Source: an uncultured Clostridia bacterium (GTDB lineage Bacteria; Bacillota; Clostridia; Christensenellales; CAG-917). Taken from it: a DNA stretch of 64,000 nt. The position numbers were made by a program, and so were the translations under genes. Under the pieces are notes generated by a model that ran no database searches, was not told where the DNA came from, and was given only the letters and a program-made list of their open reading frames with translations. The stretch covers positions 1,607-65,606 of the forward strand of contig CAMZEU010000001.1 in NCBI GenBank assembly GCA_947305865.1. The letters are read 5' to 3'. Below, one piece after another: positions 18,901 to 30,658 of the stretch. Each line of letters opens with the position of its first letter. Within the stretch, counting starts at the first letter, position 1.

Positions 18901-20577
18901 TTACATTACCTCTGGAGCATCAATTCCGAGAAGAGTTAGTCCTTCCTTAATAACATTTGCTGTAATTGAAACGAGAGCTAGTCTTGCATTCTTAATCTTT
19001 TCTTCTTGATCTACGATTCTATGGTCTATATAGAAACGATTGAAGTCTGAGACTATTGTCATAATGTGTCTAGATACAACACAAGGTTCTCTTAATCTTG
19101 CTGCAGTTTGTACTGCTTCCTTGAATGAAAGGATGTCTTTTACTATTGCATATGTCTCATCATCTGTTAAACAAGCAAAGTCTATATTGGATGTATTTAT
19201 ATTTCCTGCCTTTCTAATAATGGACTTACATCTTGCATAGGCATATTGAATGTATGGTGCTGTCTCTCCATCAAAGTTAAGAACCTTATCCAATGAGAAT
19301 GTGATGTCTTTTATTCTTTGGTTGTATAAAGCTGAGAACACAACTGCACCAATTCCAACGCTTTGAGCTATCTTGTCCTTGTCTTCAAGATTAGGATTTT
19401 TCTCGTTAATGATTTCTTTTGCTTTTTCAACGGATTGGTTCAATACATCCTTTAACCAAACCACCCTTCCTTCTCTTGTCGACATGGCTCCATCTTCGAG
19501 AGAAACCATTCCAAATGCAATATGTTCGCAATCTGCGTATTTTGCAAAACCCATTAGTTCAAGTACCTTAAATAGCTGTTTAAAGTGTAGATTCTGCTGA
19601 TATGCAACGACGTAAAGGTTCTTGTAAAAGTCGTATGTTTTGGCTCTATAATATGCTGCTGCAATATCTCTTGTGGCATATAAGGTTGCACCATCTGCTT
19701 TGATTAAAAGGCATGGTGGCATACCATATTTTTCAAGATCTACAACCCATGCACCATCAGATTGAACGAGTAAATTCTTCTCTCTTAGGATGTCTAAACA
19801 GGCCTCCATTTTATCATTATAGAAAGCCTCTCCATTGTAGCTATCAAACTTAATTTTGAGGGTATCATATATCTTTCCAACCTCATCTAATGTTATCTTT
19901 TTGAAGACTTCATAGTACTTGGTTGCCTCTTTGTCTCCATCTTCAATCTTCTTAAATTCAGCCCTTGCTTCATCCTCTAAAGATGGTTCTTCTTTTGCTA
20001 CTTGGTGGAATTTAACATATAGTCCATTAAGGAATTCAACACCCTTTTCAGATACTTCTTCTAATGAACTCCACTTCTTTGTTGCAACAATGAGCTTACC
20101 AAATTGTGTGCCCCAATCTCCTAAGTGGTTAATACCAACAACCTTATATCCTAGGTGTGTGAATATTCTATATAATGCGCCACCTATTACTGTTGTAGAT
20201 AAATGTCCAATATGGAATGGCTTTGCAATATTAACTGAGGAATAGTCTATTGTAATGGTTTTACCATTACCTTCATCAGATATAGCTATGTTTTCGTTGT
20301 TTAAATTAGAAAGAGCTATTCTTGCCATCTCTTGTCTGTCGAATCTTATATTCACATACCCATTTACGACCTCTACATCGCTTACAAACGCTTCTTCCTT
20401 AATAATTGGTGCTAGTTCTTCGGCTATGAGTTGTGGTGCTTTGTGCATGGTTTTAGCAAGTCTAAAACAAGGTAGAGCCAAATCTCCCATCTTTGGATCC
20501 TTTGGTTTCTCAAACATAGACTCTACATCTATGCCTGTTTTAGCTAATAGTGCGCTTCCTAGTTCTTTCTCGTACAT
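18901..20577 (-). CDS. argS: arginine--tRNA ligase
   Basis: 558 aa. Class I HIGH variant (PFHIGHL). The C-terminal DALR anticodon-binding call rests only on overall length and colinearity with ArgRS; no motif was read there. Confidence 0.93.
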   Translation of the reverse strand: MYEKELGSALLAKTGIDVESMFEKPKDPKMGDLALPCFRLAKTMHKAPQLIAEELAPIIKEEAFVSDVEVVNGYVNIRFDRQEMARIALSNLNNENIAISDEGNGKTITIDYSSVNIAKPFHIGHLSTTVIGGALYRIFTHLGYKVVGINHLGDWGTQFGKLIVATKKWSSLEEVSEKGVEFLNGLYVKFHQVAKEEPSLEDEARAEFKKIEDGDKEATKYYEVFKKITLDEVGKIYDTLKIKFDSYNGEAFYNDKMEACLDILREKNLLVQSDGAWVVDLEKYGMPPCLLIKADGATLYATRDIAAAYYRAKTYDFYKNLYVVAYQQNLHFKQLFKVLELMGFAKYADCEHIAFGMVSLEDGAMSTREGRVVWLKDVLNQSVEKAKEIINEKNPNLEDKDKIAQSVGIGAVVFSALYNQRIKDITFSLDKVLNFDGETAPYIQYAYARCKSIIRKAGNINTSNIDFACLTDDETYAIVKDILSFKEAVQTAARLREPCVVSRHIMTIVSDFNRFYIDHRIVDQEEKIKNARLALVSITANVIKEGLTLLGIDAPEVM

Positions 20578-20586
20578 AACTAATCC

Positions 20587-21669
20587 TCAAACATTGAATC
20601 TAAATAAAACTACATCATTTTCTTGCATGACATAGTCTTTGCCTTCACTTCTTACTTTTCCTTTTTCTTTTGCAGCATTAAATGAACCACATTCTAGCAA
20701 TACATCATAGTCTACTATTTCTGCACGGATAAATCCTTTTTCGAAGTCTGTATGAATCTTTCCTGCTGCTTGTGGTGCTTTTGTACCCTTAACAATAGTC
20801 CAAGCTCTTGTTTCTTTTTCACCTGCTGTAAGATAACTTATCAATCCTAAAAGCTTATAAGAAGCTTTTACAAGTTTATCTAAGCCACTTTCTGTAAGAT
20901 TATAATCTGCTGCAAATAGTTCTCTATCTGCATCGTCCATTTGTGCTAATTCTTCTTCAAGTTTTGCACAAAGAATAATTGCTTCAGAACCTTCTGCTTT
21001 AGCTATTTCTTCTACTTCCTTTGTATATGCATTGCCATCTAATGAGTTTTCATCTACGTTTGCAACATATATAACAGGTTTACTTGTTAAGAAAAAGTTT
21101 TCATCTATAAATGCCTTTTGCTCTTCATCTGCTTCAAAAGTTCTTATTGGATTACCATCTTCCAAATGTTTCTTTAATGCCTTAAGAAGTTCTACATCTG
21201 CTATCTTGTTTTTATCTGCTTTTGCAAGAGATTCTGCCTTGCCCATTCTCTTGTCTATTGTTTCAAGATCTGCAAATATTAACTCATAGTTAATAGTTTC
21301 AATATCTCTCTTTGGAGATACTGTTCCATCTACGTGAGTAATGTTCTCGTCGTCAAAGCATCTTACAACATGAACAATAGCATCTGTTTCTCTAATATGA
21401 GATAAGAATTTATTACCTAATCCTTCACCTCTGCTTGCACCTTTTACCAAACCAGCAATATCTACGAATGTTAACATTGTTGGTGTAATCTTCTTTGAGT
21501 TATAAAGTGCTGCAAGTTTATCTAATCTTTCATCTGGAACAGGAACAACGCCCTTATTTGGTTCTATTGTACAAAAAGGATAGTTTTCTGCTGCTATTCC
21601 AGCTTTAGTAATTGCATTAAATAGTGTTGATTTACCTACATTTGGCAATCCTACTACGCCTAGTTCCAT
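20587..21669 (-). CDS. ychF: redox-regulated ATPase YchF
   Basis: GLPNVGKSTLFNA P-loop, TGS-like C-terminus (DFEKGFIRAE). Confidence 0.93.
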   Translation of the reverse strand: MELGVVGLPNVGKSTLFNAITKAGIAAENYPFCTIEPNKGVVPVPDERLDKLAALYNSKKITPTMLTFVDIAGLVKGASRGEGLGNKFLSHIRETDAIVHVVRCFDDENITHVDGTVSPKRDIETINYELIFADLETIDKRMGKAESLAKADKNKIADVELLKALKKHLEDGNPIRTFEADEEQKAFIDENFFLTSKPVIYVANVDENSLDGNAYTKEVEEIAKAEGSEAIILCAKLEEELAQMDDADRELFAADYNLTESGLDKLVKASYKLLGLISYLTAGEKETRAWTIVKGTKAPQAAGKIHTDFEKGFIRAEIVDYDVLLECGSFNAAKEKGKVRSEGKDYVMQENDVVLFRFNV

Positions 21670-21682
21670 ATTTTCTCCAATT

Positions 21683-23347
21683 TTATTTCTTGGTTAAGTA
21701 TACGTGTGTTTCGTATGGACGGAGTTTATCTCCCATTCCTTCATAGTTTGCAAGTATTTCTTCTGCACCCTCTGGGATAAACTTCTTTACCTTGCTTGAG
21801 TTAACTTCTTTTTCAGATAAGTTAATAACTACTGTGAGCTTGTTTTCTTCGCCTATCTTGTCATAGACAAACAATTGTTTGTCTCCCTTTAGATAAAGTT
21901 TGAATTCGCCATAAATTGCAGCATCTTTATATTGCTTTCTCAAAGCTATAACTTTTCTATAGTAATGTAACAATGAGTTAGGATCTTTCTCTGCTGCTTC
22001 TACGTTAACTTCTGTATAGTTAGGGTTAATTAAATACCATGGCTTTGCGTCTGGAGTTGTAAATCCTGCATTTGCTTCTGCACTCCATTGAACTGGTGTA
22101 CGTGCATTATCTCTTGCTGCATATTTTGCCATCTTGAATATCTTTTTATCACTGAAACCTAACTTCTCAATTAACTTCTTTGTTGAGAATGTAGATACAT
22201 CTACAAAGTCATCCCAAGATTTGAATGGATAGTCTACCATACCAATTTCTTGGCCTTGGTAGATATATTGCGTTCCTGAAAGGAACGAATACATTGTTGC
22301 CAATGCTTTTCCACTTTCAACTCTATACTTTTCGCTTCCATATCTAGAAATATTTCTTGGTTGGTCATGGTTTTCAATATAGTTTGCATTCCATCCTTTG
22401 TTATATAACATTGTTTGCCAATTGTTATAAACTTTCTTGAGCTTTCTAAGATTGAATCCTGTATGAATCCAGCTAATGAATAAGCAGTCTGCTTCCATGT
22501 GTTGGAATCCAAACATCATATCTAAGACTTTGTCTTCTCCGTCTGAAACATATAATAAAGCTTTCTTAGGAGTCATCATTGGAGCTTCACCAACTTGCAT
22601 ACAGTCATAGTCTTTTGTTACTTGTCTGTATTCTGTTAGATACTTCTTAAGGTTTGGTCCTTGCATATAGTGTTCCATACCTCTCATTGCAGGAAGCCAA
22701 ACTCCGTTTGGAAGACCTTCTCTCTTGGATATCATAGTGATAACGTCTTCTCTGAATCCGTCTACACCCATATCTAACCAATATCTCATAATCTTCTTAA
22801 CTTCTTCTCTAACTGCTGGATTGTCATGGTTTAGATCTGGTTGTTCAACTGCGAATAAGTGTAAATAGTATTCGCCTCTTTGTTCATTGTATGTCCAACC
22901 ATCTCCTGGGAATGTTGCCATCCAGTTATTTGGGAACTTCTTACCATCTTTGCCCTTACCTGGTCTCCAAATATAATAATCCTTATATTGTGGGTCTCCT
23001 GCTGCAGATTTCTTGAACCATTCACATTGATCTGATGTATGGTTGATAACTAAGTCCATAATAACCTTGATGCCTCTTTCATGTGCACCAGCTAATACTT
23101 CCTTGAATTCATCCAAAGTTCCATACTCTGGATTAATGTTGTAATAATCTGCAATATCATAACCATAGTCTGCTTGTGGAGATACATACAAAGGTGAGAA
23201 CCAAATAGCGTCTGCGCCTAAGCTTTTGATGTAATCCAACTTGGATAAGATACCCTTTAAATCACCTATTCCATCTCCGTTTCCGTCCTTGAAAGAACGT
23301 GGCCAAATTTGGAATACTGTCATCTCTCTAAACCATGTTTTTTCCAT
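21683..23347 (-). CDS. GH13 alpha-glucosidase / oligo-1,6-glucosidase family
   Basis: QIWPRSF, DLVINHTS, GFREDV, EAP..., NHDQPR conserved GH13 regions. Confidence 0.88.
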   Translation of the reverse strand: MEKTWFREMTVFQIWPRSFKDGNGDGIGDLKGILSKLDYIKSLGADAIWFSPLYVSPQADYGYDIADYYNINPEYGTLDEFKEVLAGAHERGIKVIMDLVINHTSDQCEWFKKSAAGDPQYKDYYIWRPGKGKDGKKFPNNWMATFPGDGWTYNEQRGEYYLHLFAVEQPDLNHDNPAVREEVKKIMRYWLDMGVDGFREDVITMISKREGLPNGVWLPAMRGMEHYMQGPNLKKYLTEYRQVTKDYDCMQVGEAPMMTPKKALLYVSDGEDKVLDMMFGFQHMEADCLFISWIHTGFNLRKLKKVYNNWQTMLYNKGWNANYIENHDQPRNISRYGSEKYRVESGKALATMYSFLSGTQYIYQGQEIGMVDYPFKSWDDFVDVSTFSTKKLIEKLGFSDKKIFKMAKYAARDNARTPVQWSAEANAGFTTPDAKPWYLINPNYTEVNVEAAEKDPNSLLHYYRKVIALRKQYKDAAIYGEFKLYLKGDKQLFVYDKIGEENKLTVVINLSEKEVNSSKVKKFIPEGAEEILANYEGMGDKLRPYETHVYLTKK

Positions 23348-23414
23348 AAATACACTCCTAATTTTTCCGTTTATTTTTTTTGTTTATTTTCACAAAACAG
23401 ATATTTAATCTATA

Positions 23415-25967
23415 TTATTCGTTTGTATCATCTGTTTGTTGTGCATCTTGAGCCTCTGTTGCTTCACCTTCAGTTTCGCCTTCTTCCGTGGCTTCTTCTT
23501 CGACATATTCAACATGTGGTGTGAGGGCTATTGAAACAATCTTTGTTTCGTCTTTAAGTCTCATAACTTTGACACCTTTTGTTGCACGTCCGATTCTGCT
23601 AATCTCGTTCGCATCTACTCTGATAATGATTCCATTATCTGCAATCATCATAACATCTGTATCTGCTGGGATAACCTTGAGGGCAACCAATGAACCAGTA
23701 TCTGCTGAGAAGTTACCAGCTTTAACACCCTTACCATTTCTACCTTGTAATGGGTAATCTGCGATTGGGCTTCTCTTTCCGAATCCGTTTGCAGAGATTG
23801 TTAATAATTCACTGTCTTCTTGTACAACACACATATCAACAATATGTTCGCCATCTGGAACTCTCATACTCTTAACACCTTGTGCTGTTCTGCCCATTGG
23901 ACGTATTGTATTCTCATTGAAATGAATGCAGAAGCCTTCGCTCGATGCAATTATCAATTCGTTGTTACCGTTCGTTATAACGGCTTCTACGAGTTGATCG
24001 TCATCTACGAATGTGATAGCTCTCTTACCGTTTCTCTTAATGGATGCAAATTCTTCAAGTGGGGTCTTCTTAATTAAACCGTTCTTAGTTGCGAGCATTA
24101 AGAAATATCCTTCTTTCTCCTCTGGAGAAGGTAAGAATGCTTGAACCTTTTCGCCTGGGTCCAGTTGTAAAATATTTACAACTGCTCTACCTCTTGCAGT
24201 TCTTGCAGCCTCTGGAATTTCATAACCTTTGAGTTGGAATACTCTACCAAAGTTTGTGAAGAACATAAGTGGTTGGTGAGTATTACATGTGAAGATTTTT
24301 TCAATAAAGTCATCTTCTTTTGCCTTATGTGCAGTAATACCTAAGCCACCTCTATGTTGAGATTGATATTCGTTAACATCTTGTCTCTTGATATATCCTT
24401 CGTGTGTTAAGGATACTACGATATCCTTACGTGGAATTAAGTCTTCATTGTCTATGCCACCATCAAAGTCGTAGCTGATTTCAGAACGTCTTGGTGTATT
24501 GTATTTGTCTTTAATTTCAAGCATTTCTTCAATGATGATATCTCTTTGCATATCTTTGGAACCAAGTATTGCTGTATAGTTCTTGATTTCTTCATGCTTT
24601 TGAGTTAATTCATCTTGAATCTTTGCGAGTTCCAATCCTGTTAATCTTTGGAGTCTCATCTCAATAACTGCTGTTGCTTGAACTTGATCCAAAGCAAATG
24701 TATCCATTAATTTTTGAATACCTTCGTCTCTATCTTTAGATTTCTTTAAGAGTTCTACAACTTCATCAATATTTTGAATAGCTATTGCTAAACCTTCTAA
24801 GATGTGTGCTCTTTCGGATGCTTTATCCAAGTCAAATTGTGTACGTCTTCTAATAACTTCATATTGGAATTCAATATATTTTTCGAGGATTTCTTTAAGG
24901 TTGCAAACCTTTGGTTTGCCATCTACAAGAACCAATAAAATCATACTGAATGAAGTTTGTAGATATGTTTGCTTGTAAAGAGTATTTAATACAACTTGTG
25001 CATTAGCATCTTTCTTTGTTTCTACAACGATACGAAGACCTGTTCTATCTGATTCTTCTTGTACATCTGAAATACCTTCTATCTTCTTATCTTTAACTTG
25101 ATCTGCGATAGTCTTAATTAACTCTGCTTTGTTAACTTGATATGGGATTTCAGTAATAACAATACGACTCTTACCATTTTGTAATTCTTCGATTTCAGCA
25201 CGTGCTCTTAAGATTGCACTACCCTTACCTGTTCTGTATGCCTCTCTAATATTTCCAAGTCCCATTACATATGCACCTGTTGGGAAGTCTGGAGCTGGGA
25301 TATATTGCATTAAATCATCTGCTTCCAATGTTGGATCTTTCAATAATGCTACGCATCCATCTATAACTTCACCAAGATTGTGTGGTGGAATGGAAGTTGC
25401 CATACCAACAGCAATACCATCTGAACCATTAACTAAAACGTTAGGGAATCTAGATGGAATTACAACAGGTTGTTCACGTGTGTCATCAAAGTTTGGATAG
25501 AAGTCTACTGTCTTCTTATCTATATCTCTTATCATTTCGTTAGCAATTTTGCTAAGTCTTGCCTCTGTATAACGATAAGCCGCTGGTGGGTCACCGTCTA
25601 TAGAACCGAAGTTTCCGTGTCCATCAATAAGTGGGCAACGAATTGAGAAGTCTTGTCCTAAACGAACTAATGCATCATAAACTGAACTATCACCATGTGG
25701 ATGGTATTTACCTAACACATCACCAACGATAGTAGCACACTTTCTGAATGGTTTATCGCTTGTTAATCCAAGTTCGCTCATGGAATATAAAATTCTACGA
25801 TGAACTGGTTTTAAACCGTCTCTTACATCAGGAATTGCACGAGAAACGTTAACAGCCATAGCATAAGCTATGAATGACTTTTTAAGCTCCCCTTCTATCT
25901 CAACTGGCTTAACGATACTTTTTTGTAAATCTTCTACATATTCCATTGATTTATTCTTGTCTGCCAT
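23415..25967 (-). CDS. gyrA: DNA gyrase subunit A
   Basis: 850 aa. DGLKPVHRR, active-site AAYRYTE region, beta-pinwheel CTD, acidic tail. Confidence 0.96.
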   Translation of the reverse strand: MADKNKSMEYVEDLQKSIVKPVEIEGELKKSFIAYAMAVNVSRAIPDVRDGLKPVHRRILYSMSELGLTSDKPFRKCATIVGDVLGKYHPHGDSSVYDALVRLGQDFSIRCPLIDGHGNFGSIDGDPPAAYRYTEARLSKIANEMIRDIDKKTVDFYPNFDDTREQPVVIPSRFPNVLVNGSDGIAVGMATSIPPHNLGEVIDGCVALLKDPTLEADDLMQYIPAPDFPTGAYVMGLGNIREAYRTGKGSAILRARAEIEELQNGKSRIVITEIPYQVNKAELIKTIADQVKDKKIEGISDVQEESDRTGLRIVVETKKDANAQVVLNTLYKQTYLQTSFSMILLVLVDGKPKVCNLKEILEKYIEFQYEVIRRRTQFDLDKASERAHILEGLAIAIQNIDEVVELLKKSKDRDEGIQKLMDTFALDQVQATAVIEMRLQRLTGLELAKIQDELTQKHEEIKNYTAILGSKDMQRDIIIEEMLEIKDKYNTPRRSEISYDFDGGIDNEDLIPRKDIVVSLTHEGYIKRQDVNEYQSQHRGGLGITAHKAKEDDFIEKIFTCNTHQPLMFFTNFGRVFQLKGYEIPEAARTARGRAVVNILQLDPGEKVQAFLPSPEEKEGYFLMLATKNGLIKKTPLEEFASIKRNGKRAITFVDDDQLVEAVITNGNNELIIASSEGFCIHFNENTIRPMGRTAQGVKSMRVPDGEHIVDMCVVQEDSELLTISANGFGKRSPIADYPLQGRNGKGVKAGNFSADTGSLVALKVIPADTDVMMIADNGIIIRVDANEISRIGRATKGVKVMRLKDETKIVSIALTPHVEYVEEEATEEGETEGEATEAQDAQQTDDTNE

Positions 25968-25982
25968 TTTCTTATCCTCCCA

Positions 25983-28064
<2,082 letters not shown>

Positions 28065-28115
28065 CTAGACAAATTATCATTTTTTTGAAAATTATTAAAT
28101 TTTATTTATTTAATA

Positions 28116-28145
28116 ATTGTACACGTACACGTGCGTGTGTGTCAA
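28116..28145 (-). promoter_or_regulatory. putative gyrBA promoter with an alternating pyrimidine-purine spacer
   Basis: On the minus strand: TTGACA (28145-28140), 18-nt spacer CACACGCACGTGTACGTG, TACAAT (28121-28116). About 60 nt upstream of the gyrB ATG. Confidence 0.45.
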
Positions 28146-28180
28146 CCAAAATTGTTAAAAAATAAATTTTTTAAAGCAAA

Positions 28181-28189
28181 TTATCCACA
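28181..28189 (+). promoter_or_regulatory. perfect DnaA box TTATCCACA
   Basis: Exact 9-mer in the 837-bp non-coding spacer. Confidence 0.6.
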
Positions 28190-28323
28190 ATTTAACCGCA
28201 CTTATTAACACTTTATATAAGCAAAATGCTTATATAAAAAATATTTACCTAACTTTTTATATACCGAATCATCCAAAAATATGAAGAATTCCTCGTCTTT
28301 TTGCCAGTTTTGTTATTATCTTT

Positions 28324-28442
28324 CTAGAAAACCACGGAAACTTATTGCTAGAAAAAATTATCTAGGGAAGTAAAATACCTAGAAAAAACTTAGAAAAATA
28401 CTCAGCAAAAAATTGTTGATAACTCTACAAATTTCTAGAAAA
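28324..28442 (+). repeat. cluster of CTAGAAAA direct repeats
   Basis: CTAGAAAA at 28324, 28348, 28379 and 28435, plus variants CTAGGGAA (28362) and TTAGAAAA (28390). The cluster ends 9 nt before the DnaA box at 28451. Confidence 0.6.
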
Positions 28443-28450
28443 TTTTTCTT

Positions 28451-28459
28451 TTATCCACA
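28451..28459 (+). promoter_or_regulatory. perfect DnaA box TTATCCACA
   Basis: Exact 9-mer. Confidence 0.6.
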
Positions 28460-28599
28460 AAAGTGAGAAATAGCGGTATTTTTCCTATAAAATCACTGTT
28501 TCCGCCCAGAAAAAACAAATTTTAACATTCCTAAATCTCTGTATATCGTTACCAAAAATGCACTAAATAGTGGACTTTTCAGATACTTTTGACGGCGTT

Positions 28600-28615
28600 T
28601 GTTTCACATGAAACT
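28600..28615. promoter_or_regulatory. degenerate parS-like site
   Basis: TGTTTCACATGAAACT versus the Firmicute parS consensus TGTTNCACGTGNAACA: 2 mismatches. Confidence 0.45.
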
Positions 28616-28632
28616 ACACGGAGAGACGGCAT

Positions 28633-28648
28633 TGTTCCACGTGGAACA
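28633..28648. promoter_or_regulatory. parS centromere-like site (perfect 16-bp palindrome)
   Basis: TGTTCCACGTGGAACA matches TGTTNCACGTGNAACA at every specified position. Confidence 0.75.
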
Positions 28649-28699
28649 TAAAAGAATTTTACAAGAAAATGCCTATAATTTCGCTATACAGTATTCTAT

Positions 28700-28750
28700 C
28701 GTTTTCTCGTCGTTTTACAGCGTTTTTCTAGCGATTTTTTTGAACCGTTT
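28700..28750 (+). repeat. helically phased T-tracts (CGTTTT every ~10-11 bp)
   Basis: CGTTTT at 28700, 28711 and 28721; CGATTTTTTT at 28732; CCGTTT at 28745. Confidence 0.55.
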
Positions 28751-28892
28751 CTCGACAAAGTTCTTCGTTAATTCTTATGATTTATTTGTATTACAGGCAT
28801 AATGTGCCATGCTCAGAACCGTTTAAAATGGCCCTAGTAATAGAGCCATTAAACATTTTAATAAGTTAAATTATATAAATATAATTTAAATG

Positions 28893-29621
28893 TTATCTTT
28901 TAACTGGTGGTAAACCTTTTCTGATGCCGAATCCGTCTATTGCTTCAATAATAGCTGGAATATATTGTTCATATTTGGTCAATCCATTTTGTAGAGTGAT
29001 TTTAAAGTCCTGTGTTGCTTCTGCATCTGCATTATCCGATACAATCTTCATACAAAATGCTGGAATTTCATTTCTTTCGCACACAAGAGCAATTCCTATG
29101 GATTCCATATCACAAATATCTGCTCCGAATAACTTTCTGCGTTCTTCTTTCTTCTCTTTGGAAGCTATGAAAGCATCTTCACTAGATATGGTTACTACTT
29201 TAGTAGTAACAGGTAAAACGTTTCTAACATAATTTAAAAGATTTTGATCAAAATAGAAGTATAATCCGTCTCTTCTGTCATATTGGCCTAATCCTGTTCC
29301 GTCTATATAACGAAGATCAAATGCGCTATGAACGGCTTTTTCAACGATTACTAGGTCTCCTATATTTAAAGATGGAGATAAAGCGCCAACAAAACCAAAA
29401 TTTAATATCACATCGATGTCAAATATGTCTATAAGCAATTGCGTTGCTTGTGCGGCTCTAATTTCGCCTGTACCGCTACATGCAAGGTAAATTGTATCTT
29501 TACTCGTTTGTATCTCATAAACACTCACTCCGGCTATTACACTAGCTTGAGTAAGGTTTCCAAGTTTTTCGTGTATTGGTAATGTTTCTTCTGCCAAAGC
29601 AGTAATAATTCCTATTTTCAT
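28893..29621 (-). CDS. MTA/SAH nucleosidase-family protein (PNP/UDP fold)
   Basis: MKIGIITALAEE start chosen 6 codons inside the track ORF. DMES block typical of Pfs/MtnN. Confidence 0.6.
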   Translation of the reverse strand: MKIGIITALAEETLPIHEKLGNLTQASVIAGVSVYEIQTSKDTIYLACSGTGEIRAAQATQLLIDIFDIDVILNFGFVGALSPSLNIGDLVIVEKAVHSAFDLRYIDGTGLGQYDRRDGLYFYFDQNLLNYVRNVLPVTTKVVTISSEDAFIASKEKKEERRKLFGADICDMESIGIALVCERNEIPAFCMKIVSDNADAEATQDFKITLQNGLTKYEQYIPAIIEAIDGFGIRKGLPPVKR

Positions 29622-29709
29622 ACAAAATCTCCTTCTCAATATTTTAGCATAAACAACTCTCCTCTTACAATTGCATTGTAATCAAATTTTATGTTAATAT
29701 ATTTTTGCT

Positions 29710-30402
29710 ATGGGATTACAGGTTGTTTTACTTAAATCTTTTATAAACGAGAAAAAAATCGTTGCTAAGGATGATCAAATAGAGAAGTTGCGTCTATTTG
29801 AGAATATGGTAATTGAAACAAACGAGAAATTTAACCTTACCAACATAACATCTGAACCAGATTTTACAATCAAACACATTATAGATAGTTTGGTTGGTGT
29901 TCCTTATATTCCTAAAAATGCAAAATTATTAGACATTGGAACAGGTGCTGGTTTCCCATCCATGCCAATTGCAATCATTAGACCAGATGTAACAGTTGAA
30001 GCAATCGACTCGACCGAAAAGAAAATCAACTTTGTTAATCGTTGTGCAAAGGAATTAAATGTTCCTAACATCAAAGCAATGAGCATTAGAGCAGAGGAGA
30101 TGCCTAAGGATAACAAGTATGATTGCATCGTTGCTAGAGCAGTTGCAGCATTGCCAATTTTAATGGAATTAGCCGTTCCAATTTTAAATATTGGTGGCAT
30201 TTTCATTGCCTATAAGGCAACCCAAGATGAACTATCAGATTGTAAGAAAGCATTTAAAGAACTCAATTGCGAATTAGATAATGTCGTTACCTTAACTCTT
30301 CCAAATGAAGATAACAGATGCTTAATAATCATTAAAAAGATAGGCGAAACACCAGATAAATATCCAAGAAATTATAGCCAAATTAAGAAGAAACCTTTAT
30401 AA
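29710..30402 (+). CDS. rsmG: 16S rRNA (guanine527-N7)-methyltransferase RsmG (GidB)
   Basis: NLT..., HIIDSL, LDIGTGAGFP SAM motif, ARAVA block. Confidence 0.88.
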   Translation: MGLQVVLLKSFINEKKIVAKDDQIEKLRLFENMVIETNEKFNLTNITSEPDFTIKHIIDSLVGVPYIPKNAKLLDIGTGAGFPSMPIAIIRPDVTVEAIDSTEKKINFVNRCAKELNVPNIKAMSIRAEEMPKDNKYDCIVARAVAALPILMELAVPILNIGGIFIAYKATQDELSDCKKAFKELNCELDNVVTLTLPNEDNRCLIIIKKIGETPDKYPRNYSQIKKKPL

Positions 30403-30578
30403 CAATATTTTTGTTATTTTCACAATATCAATATTTTATTATGCAATTTTGATAATATAAACTCTTTATATTGCAACAATAAACATTTTAATCTTGTGCT
30501 ATATTTTTTATTGTTAAACGCAATAAATATCCTAATAAAAAGCCGATTTCTCTATATTAAAAATATTTTAAAAATTGG

Positions 30579-30601
30579 TTGTGAAACTATTGTGTTTCAC
30601 G
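30579..30601. promoter_or_regulatory. everted parS half-sites upstream of parB
   Basis: GTGAAAC (30581-30587), 6-nt spacer, GTTTCAC (30594-30600). These are the two halves of parS in swapped order, 58 nt before the parB ATG. Confidence 0.3.
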
Positions 30602-30658
30602 CGCAAATGTGCTATCTTTATTTTATGTGATTTTACATTACTTTTAGGAGATGACATC

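Noticed and set aside
28599-28802. 67-aa ORF in the origin spacer
   Set aside because: It has no RBS and overlaps the parS pair and the phased T-tracts. Its hydrophobic low-complexity translation is typical of T-rich non-coding DNA.
30575-30658. N-terminal extensions offered by the ORF track for parB (30575), mnmE (15911), the mtnN-like gene (29639), the 359-aa lipoprotein (60396), the small TM protein (58740) and the DUF45 gene (36964)
   Set aside because: In each case an internal ATG has a proper Shine-Dalgarno sequence and/or yields the canonical family N-terminus or signal peptide. The extensions read through promoter, terminator or upstream-gene sequence.
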